From Lama guanicoe (taxonomy: Eukaryota), in contig MU056000.1 of assembly GCA_013239625.1 (NCBI GenBank), positions 8,614,970-8,678,969 on the forward strand: a stretch of DNA of 64,000 nt, read 5' to 3'. The notes under the pieces were generated by a model that ran no database searches, had not been told where the DNA came from, and saw only the letters and a program-made list of their open reading frames with translations. The first letter of the stretch is position 1; the number at the start of each line of letters is the position of its first letter. Made by a program: the position numbers and the translations under genes. Below, piece by piece: positions 1 through 11,183 of the stretch.

Positions 1-930
1 AGGTGGAACAATGATTTTTCAAATGTTTATTGGCCATCTGGATTGCCTCTTCTGCAAATTACCCAATTATATATTTTGTCTATTGGTTCTTCTACTGGAA
101 TGTCTCTACTGTTTCATTTTTTGTTTTGGAGTTCTTTATTCTTTTCAGAAATAATTATTTGTTGAAGCAAACATAAATATCTTATCTGAAAGTAACTTTT
201 CCACATTTTTCAAGAAGCTCCTTTTTCACAGTAAAAAAATTATTTTTTTAAGCCAAAGCTGCTTTAATTTTATTGGTATTGTTCATGTTTTGCCTGTGTC
301 TTCTTTAAAAAAACATCATTTCCTAACTAAAAATATTATCTGTATCTATTAAGTTTATCAGAAATTTGGCTATAATTATGAATCAATTTTTTCTTGACTG
401 ACATCTTAACAAATGCTAATGTTCCAATCTGTGTACACAGAGATCTTTCAGTTTACTTAGTGCTTTAAAAATATGTGACTTGTCTCTGAAATTCATGTAA
501 ATCTTTTGTTATGTTTATTTCCGGATATTTTTTCATTGCTGTTGTAAGTGGTGTTCTAACAACTTGGTTTTGCATTTCTTCTAAACAATTATATTATTTT
601 TATGCTTTTCTAATTTTTATTCCAGGTTATGGATCTGCCACTACTTTTAGCATATTTGTCTTATAACCAACAACCTTGCTCAATTATCTTGTTGATTTTA
701 ATTATTTTGGGAAATGATTTTATTTTCTGTGGAGACAGTCTTATTGTCAAACATGTGCAAATAATGGTAATTCATTGCTTTAGTTTTTCTTTAAATTGAT
801 GTCGAGTCAGTTTATGTTGCTTTAGTTTTATTTTTCTAACTTTAATTTCATTTCTTTTACCTTTTAATTTACACTTCTAAGAACTTAAAAACAGAGCTGA
901 ATTGAGTTGTGATAATGGGTACTTTCAAAA
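1..930 (-). mobile_element. Ancient degraded LINE-1 (L1M-type) ORF2 fragments
   Basis: T-rich strand with reverse-complement L1 ORF2 motifs (atgtttattggccat; tgacatcttaacaa..gttccaatc; caaccttgctcaatt). Confidence 0.65.
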
Positions 931-1000
931 TTTGAGAAATAATTACTTGTTGAAGCAAACATAGAATAGCTTTTACCACTCTACTTTTATGTTATTCTCA

Positions 1001-1757
1001 GCAGAAGCCAAGAATAGAGATGTGGTTATACATGCAGAGGCACTGCCAGTTGGAAATTTAAGGGACAGAGGAAGTGGAACAAAATGAAGGAAGATTGTTG
1101 GACATCTCGGATTCTACAAGATGCGGCCATTGATCCGTTGGGCTATGATCTCTGCTCCTCAAGAAAAGGGAAGAAAGATGCTAACGTGATTCCCAGACCA
1201 TCAGGTCTGCCATTCCTAGCGCAGGCCCAGGGCAGGTCTGGCTCTTGGTTGATTTCAAAGGGTGGAGCTGCTCCTCTGGTTCTGGGACTTGCGTGAGGCC
1301 CTCCTTGCCTAGTGCTGCATCAGGAGCAAGGTCACCACAGAAAGACCCAGGAGTTACACCCCGGTGAGCTGAAGGGACAGGGCAGTCCTGCAGAGCTGTC
1401 GCAGACATGCTGCTTCTCCAGGGGGCCTGGAGGACAGGGCATTGAACCGAAGAGGCTTATCCTTGAACATTAAGTTCTAACAGAATTTGCCTTGCTAGGT
1501 TTTGAACTTGCTTGGAACCCATCACCCTCTTCCTTTCATACATCTGCCTTTTGGAATGGGATTATCTGTCCGATGTCTGACCCATTAATACACATTGGGA
1601 GCACATGACTTGCTTTTTTCCCACAGGTTCACAGCTGGAGAGAAATTTTGCCTCAGGGTGTATCCTACCTCAAGTCCCACCCCTACCTCATTTAGATGCT
1701 GTTGAGATGCAGTTTTGGACTTTGGACTTTCTAGTTGATGCTAGAATTAGTTAAACA
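1001..1757 (+). mobile_element. ERVL-MaLR internal fragment (MLT1/MST-int-like), no flanking LTR seen
   Basis: Resembles recalled MaLR internal 3' region: gaagccaagaatagagat; ttttggaatggg; cacaggttcacagctggagagaaattttgcctcagg; ttggactttggac; gttgatgctagaattagttaa. Confidence 0.8.
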
Positions 1758-2338
1758 CCATAGCAAATATTTGCTCAATTTTTCACAAATCCAATAAGAT
1801 GCTTTTCTTTTTACCTTCTTTCATTCCTGCTTTTTATTTAAAAAATACTTTCCATATTTACTTGACCTTGAATGTCTGCAAATTTCATCATCTATAGTGT
1901 TGGTGGAGGGATGTCTGATTCTATTCTTTATTGTTTCTCCTGATTTTCCTTAACAGCTTATTTTATTTTGCTTTTATAATTTTGTGTGTGTGATCGTAGA
2001 TTCAGTGGGGTTTCATCTGTAGGAACCCTAGAGCTTCTTGCAATTAAAGTTCATTTTAAATTAATGTCAATGTACTATGAGGAAAATACTTTGAAAGGGC
2101 TTCCCTGTTTTCATGTAGTAATATTGTTTCTTAAAATCAGGAGTGTTGATTTTATGCCTACCCCATTTTTCATTATATTTTAGCTACCAAATAAATCTTT
2201 GAAAATGTTAACTGTAGAAGAAAGTAAGATGATTACTGCATACATTTTGGGAATTACAGAAAAATTGTGTAAATTTTTGAAGTATCTGTAAATTGCTTAA
2301 CTTTATGTGGCTTTCTATTTTGACTCTAGCTAAATATT

Positions 2339-2374
2339 TTACCTTAAGTGTGTATATTACCTTAAGTATGTGCA
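2339..2374. repeat. 18-bp tandem duplication
   Basis: ttaccttaagtgtgtata followed by ttaccttaagtatgtgca. Confidence 0.75.
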
Positions 2375-3256
2375 TTTTTATACTGTTAAATTCAGTCAGT
2401 CCCCTTAATAATTAATTGAATCTGTATCCCTTAGTCACTAAGAATATTCTATAAATGAAACAATTTTAAATGTAGCTAAAAATCTCTACTTAATACTATG
2501 TACTGTAGCCAGGTGAGCCCACACAATCGAGCAGAGAATTGATGTCCAGGCTGGGACTGTCCACAAGAAGAAAGAGTTTCAGACACAGTTTTTTATTTTT
2601 TTCATTTGTTTGTTATTGTAGTGCTGCTGAAAACAGGTTTTTAAAAACATATACCATCCTACAGTTCCTTCTGTAACTGTATCCTCTAGATATGATGCCA
2701 GATTTCAGTGTTTGGCATTCTAAAATGTGGGTGTGTTTATTTTTATAAAATCCTCATCAAAAATACCATATATAGAAATCTAAAGTTATATAGAGCATGG
2801 TACTTATTATTAGCTTAAAAAGCAAAATCTGTACTTTAGAATTAATGTAAATTGACAGTTAAAAGTAGAGCATTTATTCAGTTTTTTAAAATTATTATTA
2901 TATGGATTATTACCCCGAATGCCTGGATTACAACTGCCAGCAGTGGCTAAATATGTTATATTTAATAATTGTTTTAACGTGACTGAGTCTGGAAGAATAA
3001 AAGAATAGTTTAAAAGAAATTTATCTGAACGAGACTCCCTGTATTTCAGCAGCGCACATCAAGTCTTCCGTCACTTTTAATGTCAGATCATTTAAAATGT
3101 CCCCAAATAAACTTCATTCTTGCATTTTACTGTAGATATGAAGATTCAATTCTATGAGATGTGCTTTAGTCTTTTTTTCTTTGACAAATAGAATCGAGCA
3201 GTTGGGTCTTCTGGACATGCAGTGGGTGGAGGTGGGGAATGGAAGGAGATGTTTCA

Positions 3257-3276
3257 GGGTGGGGGCTGGGAGTGGG
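3257..3276 (+). other. Canonical G-quadruplex motif
   Basis: GGG-T-GGGGG-CT-GGG-AGT-GGG: four G3+ runs with 1-3 nt loops. Confidence 0.7.
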
Positions 3277-3323
3277 AGGCACATTTTCCCAGGACTGGAC
3301 CACTGACTGGTGGAGCGGCCGCC

Positions 3324-3749
3324 ATGGATGCTTCTGAGGAAGAGCTGGTCCTGGACCACATCCAGTCCGAGCACAGGTGGGCCTCCAAAAAGGCAAGGGA
3401 GAAGGAAATCAGTAGTGGCATCTGCTACGTTCGTGGGGCACAGCCTGGCTTGCACCTGCGTCTGACTCTCACCCCTCCTCACTCCCTCCCTCCATCGTCC
3501 CCACAAGGTAGTCACAGACACTTTAGGGAAGTGACCAGGAAAGGACATGAGCAGGGCTTGGACAGAGGAAGGCTGGCCGCCCTGGCCCCTCCAGGCACTC
3601 CCCGCTGCAGACTCCCGAGGCTGGGAGAGAGAGGGAGTTGCAAATGGGTGAAGGGTGTGGAATCAGCTCAGTATGACTTTGGTCTGGGGATTTTAAATCA
3701 GAAACAACAGTGCCACTGGTCTGAACATAACCTGAAGCTTTTTTATTAA
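3324..3749 (+). CDS. Hypothetical 141-aa ORF with perfect Kozak start (unverified)
   Basis: GCCGCCATGG at 3318-3327, in frame with ORF 3222..3749; protein MDASEEELVLDHIQSEHRW... not recognised. Confidence 0.12.
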   Translation: MDASEEELVLDHIQSEHRWASKKAREKEISSGICYVRGAQPGLHLRLTLTPPHSLPPSSPQGSHRHFREVTRKGHEQGLDRGRLAALAPPGTPRCRLPRLGERGSCKWVKGVESAQYDFGLGILNQKQQCHWSEHNLKLFY

Positions 3750-4413
3750 CTGTGAGTGGCCAGGAAAGTTACGAAGACCTGTTCAAGTTTTTATTCAAAT
3801 ATTGAGGATGAAATAGCCCCCATTATAGGTTGAAGGGACAATATAAAGAAAACAAAAAATGCTATTGAGGCACACTACTGAGTTAAGCTTTTTCAATAAA
3901 TGGTTAATAGACTGCTCTACATTTGCCTTGTAGGTCTAGGAGATCAGATGTACAGATCTTTTTCATTAAAATAGTAAAACAAAACGAAACTTCTGCGTTC
4001 TACTATATAAGGTACCACAGATTATTTAATGGACATTTGTTTTTAACTTTTGCTACACGAACACTGCTATTCAAAAAATGATTAATTGCTTTGTTCATTG
4101 ATAAATTGATTCCATAAAAACACTGAATAATGAATATGTGCCAGATTCTTCTAGAATCTCAACAGAGAATAGACAGATAATCCTTTTGCTCATGGAATTT
4201 CTGCTCTCAGGTAATAAATCCAAAGAGCACTGCTGACAGTAGAAAATATTGTAAATTCCTAGCAAGGAAATTGTTGAAAGACCGAGTGCATGCCTTAAAA
4301 ATGCAGCCAAATACCATTAAACAAATCTCCCAAATGGTCATTTCTGTTGAAAAACCTATCAGTCACGCAAGGGATTGCCTGTTCCCAGCACCTCATTCAC
4401 GCTGTGATTTACA

Positions 4414-4728
4414 CAATCGTCCCTCAGTAGCCATGAGGTGTTGGTTCCAGGATCCGCTCTGTTACCAAAATCTTTGAAGTTCAAGTCTCATATAAAATGG
4501 ATAAAACTTGTATATAACCTGCACACATCCTCTCATATACTTTAAATCATCTCTAAACTACTTATAGTACCTAGGACAATGTAAATGCTCTGTAAGCAGT
4601 TGCCAGAGTGCATCAAGTTCAAGTTTTGCTTTTTTGGAACTTTCTGGAATGTCTTCTTTTTGAATTCTTCTGATCTATAGTTGGTTGAATTCGTGAATAT
4701 GAAACTTGAGGGTATGGAGTGCCAACTT
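4414..4728. mobile_element. MER2/MER2B-like TcMar-Tigger non-autonomous DNA transposon
   Basis: caatcgtccctcagtagcc..ttggttccagga; tatactttaaatcatctcta; aagttttgcttttttggaacttt; gttggttgaatt..gtatggagtgccaact (degenerate TIRs). Confidence 0.85.
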
Positions 4729-4769
4729 AACACCTTTTTAAAATCTGGCCAATTTCATTCCTAAAACTA

Positions 4770-5290
4770 GCATTATTTTAATTTGCCCTTAATTATGAGT
4801 GAATTGAGACACTATTTCATGAACTTATTTGCCATGTAGTTCTGTGATAGTCCTACTTATAGCCTCTGGCCTTATATTTATATTTTATTGGGCTATTCTT
4901 CTTTTTTTCCCTAATAGTCTATCATTAGACTTATTTATTTTCCACATTTTCTGTTTTTAATTTCTGTCCTGCTCAGAAAGGCCTTCTCCATCTCATGCTT
5001 ATAAATACTTCTTATAATTACAGTTATTTTTATAAGTTTAAATCCTGTGGTAATTAATCCTTTTTTCCCTTAATAAATAGCAAGTGCATCTTCTAAACAC
5101 CATGAAATAATCATTTTTCTCACCTATCTGAGTAGGCATTTTCATCACAGTCTCAATTTCCATTTGTGTTTGAGTTTGTTTCCATTTCACTGTTCTCTCT
5201 GCTGCTTCTTACCTAGTTCAAAGTGTAAATACATTGTAGCCTCATAGTATTTGTATGCATATTTTTCTCCCAACATTGTTTTCAAAATTA
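4770..5290 (-). mobile_element. Ancient L1 (L1ME-like) ORF2 fragments
   Basis: Degenerate reverse L1 motifs (attttaatttgcccttaattatgagtga..ttatttgccat). Confidence 0.45.
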
Positions 5291-5311
5291 GTTGTTTTCA
5301 AATTTCTTTAT

Positions 5312-5530
5312 CTTAATTCCAGACTCACAGAAAGTTACAAAAATAATACAAAGCCTTCCTTATACTCTTCACCTAGCTTTCTCAAATGTTAAAATCTTAA
5401 TCTAACCATAGTACAATTAATAAGGCCAGGAAACCGACATTGACACAATCCTTCTAACTAATCTGTATACTTTAAGTTCTGACATTGTCCCACTTGTGTA
5501 GCTTCCCTGGTCCAGAGTCCTGTCAAGGGC
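5312..5530 (-). mobile_element. L1MC4/5-like 3' UTR fragment
   Basis: cagactcacagaaagttacaaaaataatacaaag..taaccatagtacaatt..ctggtccag matches recalled L1MC 3' end in reverse. Confidence 0.7.
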
Positions 5531-6228
5531 TATTTTACATACCTCATGTAAGTGCAGTTGTGCAATATTTGTCCTTCTGTAACTGACCTATTTCACTTAG
5601 CACAATGGCCTCAGAGTATATCCCTGTTGTCTCATAAGACAGGATTTCCTTCTTTCTTGTGACTGAATAATATTCCATTGTATGTATATGTCACATTATC
5701 TTTATCCATTTATCCATCCACAGACATTTAGCTTGTTTCCACATCTTGGCTATGTGAATAATGCTGCAATGGACACAGAGTACAGATACCTCTTTGGGAT
5801 CCTGATTTAAATTCTTTTGGATAAATACTCAAAAGTGGGATTGTGGGATCATATGGTAGTTTCGTATTTATTATTTGGGGGAACTCCGTATCGTTTTCCA
5901 TAGTAGTTGCACCATTTCTAATTATTTTATACCCACCAACAGTGCACAAGGATTCCGATTTCTCCATATCATTGATAGCACTTGCCTTCTTTTTTGATAA
6001 TGGCATCCTAACAGGTAGGAGATGATATCTCATTGTCGTTTTGACACACATTCCCTGATGATTTATGATGTTGAGGACTTTTTCATATACTTCTTGGCAA
6101 TGGAAAAATATTCAAGCTCTTTGTCCATGGTTTAATTGGGTTATTTGTTTTTTTTGTTTTTTGGGTTTTTTTTTTGTTTTTTGCTTTTGAGTTTTATGAG
6201 TTCCTTATATTTTTGGATGTTAAACCCT
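5531..6228 (-). mobile_element. L1MA-type fragment (ORF2 C-terminus and start of 3' UTR)
   Basis: ORF 5728..6051(-) gives KTTMRYHL.PVRM and LPYDPTIPLLSIYPKE, hallmark L1 ORF2 C-terminal motifs. Confidence 0.9.
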
Positions 6229-7732
6229 GAGCTCTTTGATTATGCCTCTCATCATGTGCAGCTCAGTCAGTTTACACAGGTTTAGATCACTGAGTGACAT
6301 AATGCAGAGATGTTCTCAGTGTGCATCATTGTCTTTTTATATTTTGATCTTCTCATACAACAACAGTGATGAAGAAAAGAACAGAATCTGGGAATATTGT
6401 TTGTGCTGCAATTCTGTTTGCTGGCAAACCTATGCCAGAAGCAGTTGGATTTCAGATTGCATGAATAATATATATAAAAAATCTCAATAGGTTTGTAGGA
6501 TTATGTCAATGACATCTTCAAAAGACCATTTTATTTTTTTGGCAATAAATCATCATTGATAAGAGTAGTTTGATATAAAAACTGATTTGGAAATCTGGAA
6601 TTATTTGGGAGTTAAATATATTTTTCCATTTATGTACATGTGGCTAGTGCATTGCTCTCAGATTTCAGCATCTAATTCCTATATTCAAATTTTCAGGTAG
6701 AACCTTGGTGATCTCTTTCTTCCATCTTAGAAGTGGATTTTAGATTGAAAAATAATTGAGAATCTCATGTTCTGAAAAACTTACCACTGTTCAAAAATAT
6801 GCCAACCACTCTTCCCTGTATCTACAATAGGCAGATGAAAAAAGTTATGAACTTCTAGATCTGTCATCTGTACAATTTCCTTGTGCTTTATTGGCTTAAA
6901 AAAATCTGGTAGGCAGCAGTTGCCAGTCTGAAACTTAAATACACATTTCAAATCTAATTATCTGTCAAAGCAACTTTGCAAAAATGTTATTTTTTGAACA
7001 GCATCCAAAATCTTCTGTCTAGAATACATTTCTCTTAAAATTTAACTGATATAAAAGACAAGTATGGGTACATTTTGTAGAATATTATGCAAAGAGAAAG
7101 AAAATGAGATATTTAGACTGATGAAATAAAAGAATAAGCAATTAACAATCATATAGACCTTGAATTGTCTTAAAAAAAAACCTTAAATAATTTTCTATGA
7201 CTTCTTTCCAATCCTTCCACATAAAGTAATCTAGTTTTTAATCACAACCTTAATGTGGCATATTTGAGTATTCTGTTAAAATAAGAAGTGTGTTAGTGTT
7301 TTATTTTTTGCGCAATTGACCTGATACCTCTATAAATAATCTAGTATTTGGAATAGTTCTTAATTTTTTCTTGGTCCCTGTGGAGCCAAGTCCACTTGCC
7401 TCATTACAGAAATGCAGCAGGAATGAGACTTAAGCCTTTCATGTGTTAATGGACTATTTTGGGTTTCTTTGTTACAAGAGGATCAGCTTAGACTTTCCTA
7501 ATTAACACAGCTACTACATTTTTTTCTCTTCTCTGCTATCATGACTTGCTTTCCCTAGACTAGCTAGCCAGAAATAGGGCTGCTGTATATTTTAGGTCCG
7601 ACATTTTGCTAGGATGCTTTGAAACAAAAGGTACAGGGATTCACAGTCACACAAATAAACACCCTTGTATAAAATGTGATTCATTCACTTAGTGAACTAT
7701 TAAAGCTCCTATAAAAAGCAAAGATTTAGGTT

Positions 7733-8224
7733 AGGAGTTCTCAAATGTTTTGTCCCATGATTGCCTTATAGTTTTAGAAAGTATGGAGAACCCCAAGAAC
7801 TTTTATTTAAATGGGTTCTATCTATCAATGTTTACCATGGAAGCAATCAATACTGAAGATACATCAAAATCAGTATGTTTTAATTTATTTTAAAATGATG
7901 ATAGTTAATTCATTACATTAAGATAAATCATATTTTCACTGAAAACAACTATGTCTTCTAAAATGAAAAATAATAGCAAAAAGAGTGGTATTGGTTTCAT
8001 TTTGAACATCTTTTTCATGCCTGCCTTAATAGAAGATGTCTGGGTTGCCTTAGCGGCCTCTATATTCAATCTGTTGTGATAGCAAAACTTGCGTAGCTTC
8101 AGGAAAACTGCACTGTGTACTTGTGAGAGAATGAGAGTATAGAAAGCAACCAAAGCCTCAGTGTTAGTATGAAAATATTTTTGACCTTGCTGTCAATTAC
8201 TCACAAAACTTAGAGAACTACGGG
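7733..8224. mobile_element. hAT-Charlie DNA transposon fossil (Charlie1-like)
   Basis: gttctcaaa..gagaac termini; accccaagaactttt; atctatcaatgtttacca; ttaatagaaga; ttcaatctgttgtgata; gtgagagaatgagagt. Confidence 0.7.
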
Positions 8225-8421
8225 CTTAGATTATTAGCTATGAACATGGGGGAATGACCAGGCTGCAAAAAATGAGGAAATGATTCTTAGAGATACATTT
8301 AAGAGCAATTAAATACATATGTTTATTTATATAATTTTAGAGTGCATTGCCATATATATGTATACATGTGTTCATGTGTATATATGTATATATGTACACC
8401 AATAATCTCTTGCTTACTTAC

Positions 8422-8790
8422 TCTGATGGAGTCAGTTCCCATCCTGTGAGTTTACTGATGTGGTGTTCCACAGATGAGGAGACCTTCAGTCAGCAGCCAG
8501 TGACAAACTGAGACACTTAGTATAAAACTCAAAAGAAAATCCAAAACATGATCTCCTTCAGTTATGTGACTGAGTTTAGAAGTGGATCCTCCCCCAGCTG
8601 AACTTTCAGATGGGACTGCAGCCCTGGCTAACAGCTCCACTGCAGCCTTGTCTCAGAACCTAAGTCAGTGGTACCCAGATGGCTTGTGCAGATTCCTGAG
8701 CCACAGAAGCAGTGATACAAGAAGTATTTGTTGCTTTAGGCTGCCAAGTTTTTATGATAACTTGTTATGCAGCAATAGCTAACTATCACA
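8422..8790 (+). mobile_element. MLT1E/F-like MaLR LTR
   Basis: agaagtggatcctccccca..tcagatgggactgcagccctggc; typical 3' end ttgttatgcagcaatagctaactatcaca. Confidence 0.85.
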
Positions 8791-8964
8791 GGTGAAAAGA
8801 ACACAACATTACTGTAAAATGGAGCAATAATCATGGTGTATAATTAAGCATGAATGTAGATTATGCCATGTAACTGACAATATTGTGGAACAATGAATAC
8901 AAATTTGTGCAATGACTCAAAGTTCACCTGGACAATGAACATTTATAAAACATAATTGTGTTGG

Positions 8965-9144
8965 GTATAAAATAAACAATGAGAACATATTGCATAACAC
9001 AGGGAATAAAGCCTATATTTTGTAATAACTATAAATGGAGTATAATCTTTAAAATTGTGAATCAGTATCTTATACCTTGGTAACCTATATAATATCATAC
9101 ATCAACTATACTTCAATAAGAATATATTACAACTAAAAAAAAAA
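8965..9144 (+). mobile_element. 5'-truncated L1 3' end with A-tail
   Basis: acacagggaata..ttgtaataactataaatggagtataa..catcaactatacttcaataa plus A-run; possible degenerate TSD cataattgtgt/cataattttgt. Confidence 0.8.
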
Positions 9145-10788
9145 CCAGAACTAAAACAACACAAAAAACTCCATAATTTTGTAAAGAAATTCCGGTTATA
9201 TGATGACAGATGGTATAGGAATACTGATCTGTGTTCCACTGTCTAAACTGGACCAAATATTTTCATGTACTCACCTACACAATGGCTGACCACTATTGTC
9301 AATGCAGAGCATCAAGAAAGGACAGGATGCCCCAAATCTGAAACAGGCAATGCACCTGGAGTGGAAATGTCACTGTCAGCACAGAAGAAAAGATGAGAAA
9401 ATATACTTAGTGTGGAGGTGGGGATGAGGAATGTGTAGGCATGGAAGAATTGTAAAAGCAAAGATACGTGTACTTATGCTTTAGTTGCTGACAATTGGCA
9501 ACCTGAACATTAAGGATGGTATTCTCTATTATGAATATATACAAGTTTTATTTCCTGACATGCTGAACTCACATGATTGGATAATACAGTCATAAATTTC
9601 TCTTCAGATTCATCAGCGCAAAATTAATAAACATGGCTTCACGGTGCCTTGTATATATTCCCTACGTCTTTCTTCCTGAAAATGCTGAGGGGAGTTCTTT
9701 TTTTCTTTTTTCTTTAAAAATTTGTATTGTGTAGTGAAATCTAGAATTAAATGTCTAACTTGAGATTGGATTTAATAAAAAAAAGAGTAGCAGTGTTTCA
9801 GATAGACTCAAATGTGTGTTAAAATTTTTTATTTTATTAGCTTGTGTATAGCTGTATCTTATGAAACCTGACTTTTTAAAAATTAAACTCAGATTCCAAA
9901 CTATGAAACTATACACAGCAAATTTTCTTTCTCCGCTTCTTTGCTTCTATTACTCCCCAGGGCGATCTTTTTCTCTTCCCCAGTAAGCCAACTTCCATTG
10001 CTGGCCAAAATATGATCCATCAAAATTTACCGTCTTTCTGTGTTACTGCTTAGCTTCATTGCCCTGTTCATTTTCTCAAGCTCCTGCCAAACCCGCCTCT
10101 TTTTATATTTTTTATACTTTTTTCTCCAGAGGCTACTTTCTCTCTTTCCTATATCTTGCACTGAGGTTTTATTTTGGGGAAAAAAAAAGCATGTTCTCCC
10201 TTTTTACCCATCAGGAGGAAGATGGAACTTCAATGTATATTTTGAAGTGTTGCCAATTCACTTTACTAATCTCTGAAAACCATCCACTCATTGTCACCCG
10301 GACAGTGAGATCACTGACATGCTTTTTCTGATAACACTCAGTATTCGATGGTTTAATTAGATTGTGGCTTTCTCCTGAGACCCTTTGTTAGCTTCAGAAG
10401 TTTAGACTTAGAAGTACACCGTTAGAGTTGGGCACCATTTTGTATTTCCCTCTCTAATGTCTGTGCGATGACTGCTTTCCCTGTAGTCTTATTTTCTTAT
10501 AATGTTGGTACTCGCCCCAGGGTTTCATGTGGGATCTACGCAACCTTAATACTCATTGGGTCTGAAAGTTTTAGCTATAGGCATGATCCAAACTATTTGG
10601 TGCCACATATTTGGAAAGACCTTGATTCTTGTAGTGAAGGTCGTTAAATGCTAGGAGATGACAAGCAGTTTGGAGAGAAATTTCCAGCACAACAGACAGA
10701 TATTGTGGAGGCAAGCAGATTGATTCTCTCTCTTGTAACTCTCTTCCAAATGACACTGTGTCTCTCACCCAAGAATAATGATTTCTAG

Positions 10789-11183
10789 GTGTTTATGGCT
10801 TGAAAAGGAGGATAAGTTGATGATGATTGTCGGTGTATTTAACTACATGCACTGATTAGGTGAGTTTGGGGCCTCCAAGTGAGCAAAATAACATCTTTAA
10901 GTTACTGTCAGACCATTGATCTGAAGTCTTCCATTTTGCAGATAATTCCGAACTCTCCCGACTGTGACTTTGGAAAGAAGGATCCTGGAAAGAGTAACAG
11001 GTAATTATGTTTTGCCAGGTGTGCTTTGGAATGTAACTATTTTAATTCTTATGATTGATTGAAGCTATGGCTTAATACAGAGTGACTGATTTTCTTGTTT
11101 ATTTCCCTCATTCCTTCTTTGTATACAGACCAAGCAGCGGGACCCACACCTGACCACACTGCTGATTTAAACTGGAGCGAGAA
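10789..11183 (+). other. Candidate cluster of three short exons (10789-10859, 10942-11000, 11129-11183)
   Basis: Donors TAG|GTGAGT, CAG|GTAATT, GAA|GTGAGC; acceptors tcttccattttgcAG and a long pyrimidine tract ending tatacAG preceded by a tgactgat branch-like motif; non-repetitive sequence. Confidence 0.4.

Noticed and set aside
5728..6051. ORF with recognisable protein motifs (also 24578-24769, 51294-51612, 52343-52525, 58127-58312)
   Set aside because: Decayed L1 ORF2 fragments with stops and frameshifts, not host genes.
10820..10924. Possible C/D-box snoRNA (ATGATGA..CTGA)
   Set aside because: No convincing terminal stem, no recognisable rRNA/snRNA guide, and it would straddle the candidate donor site.
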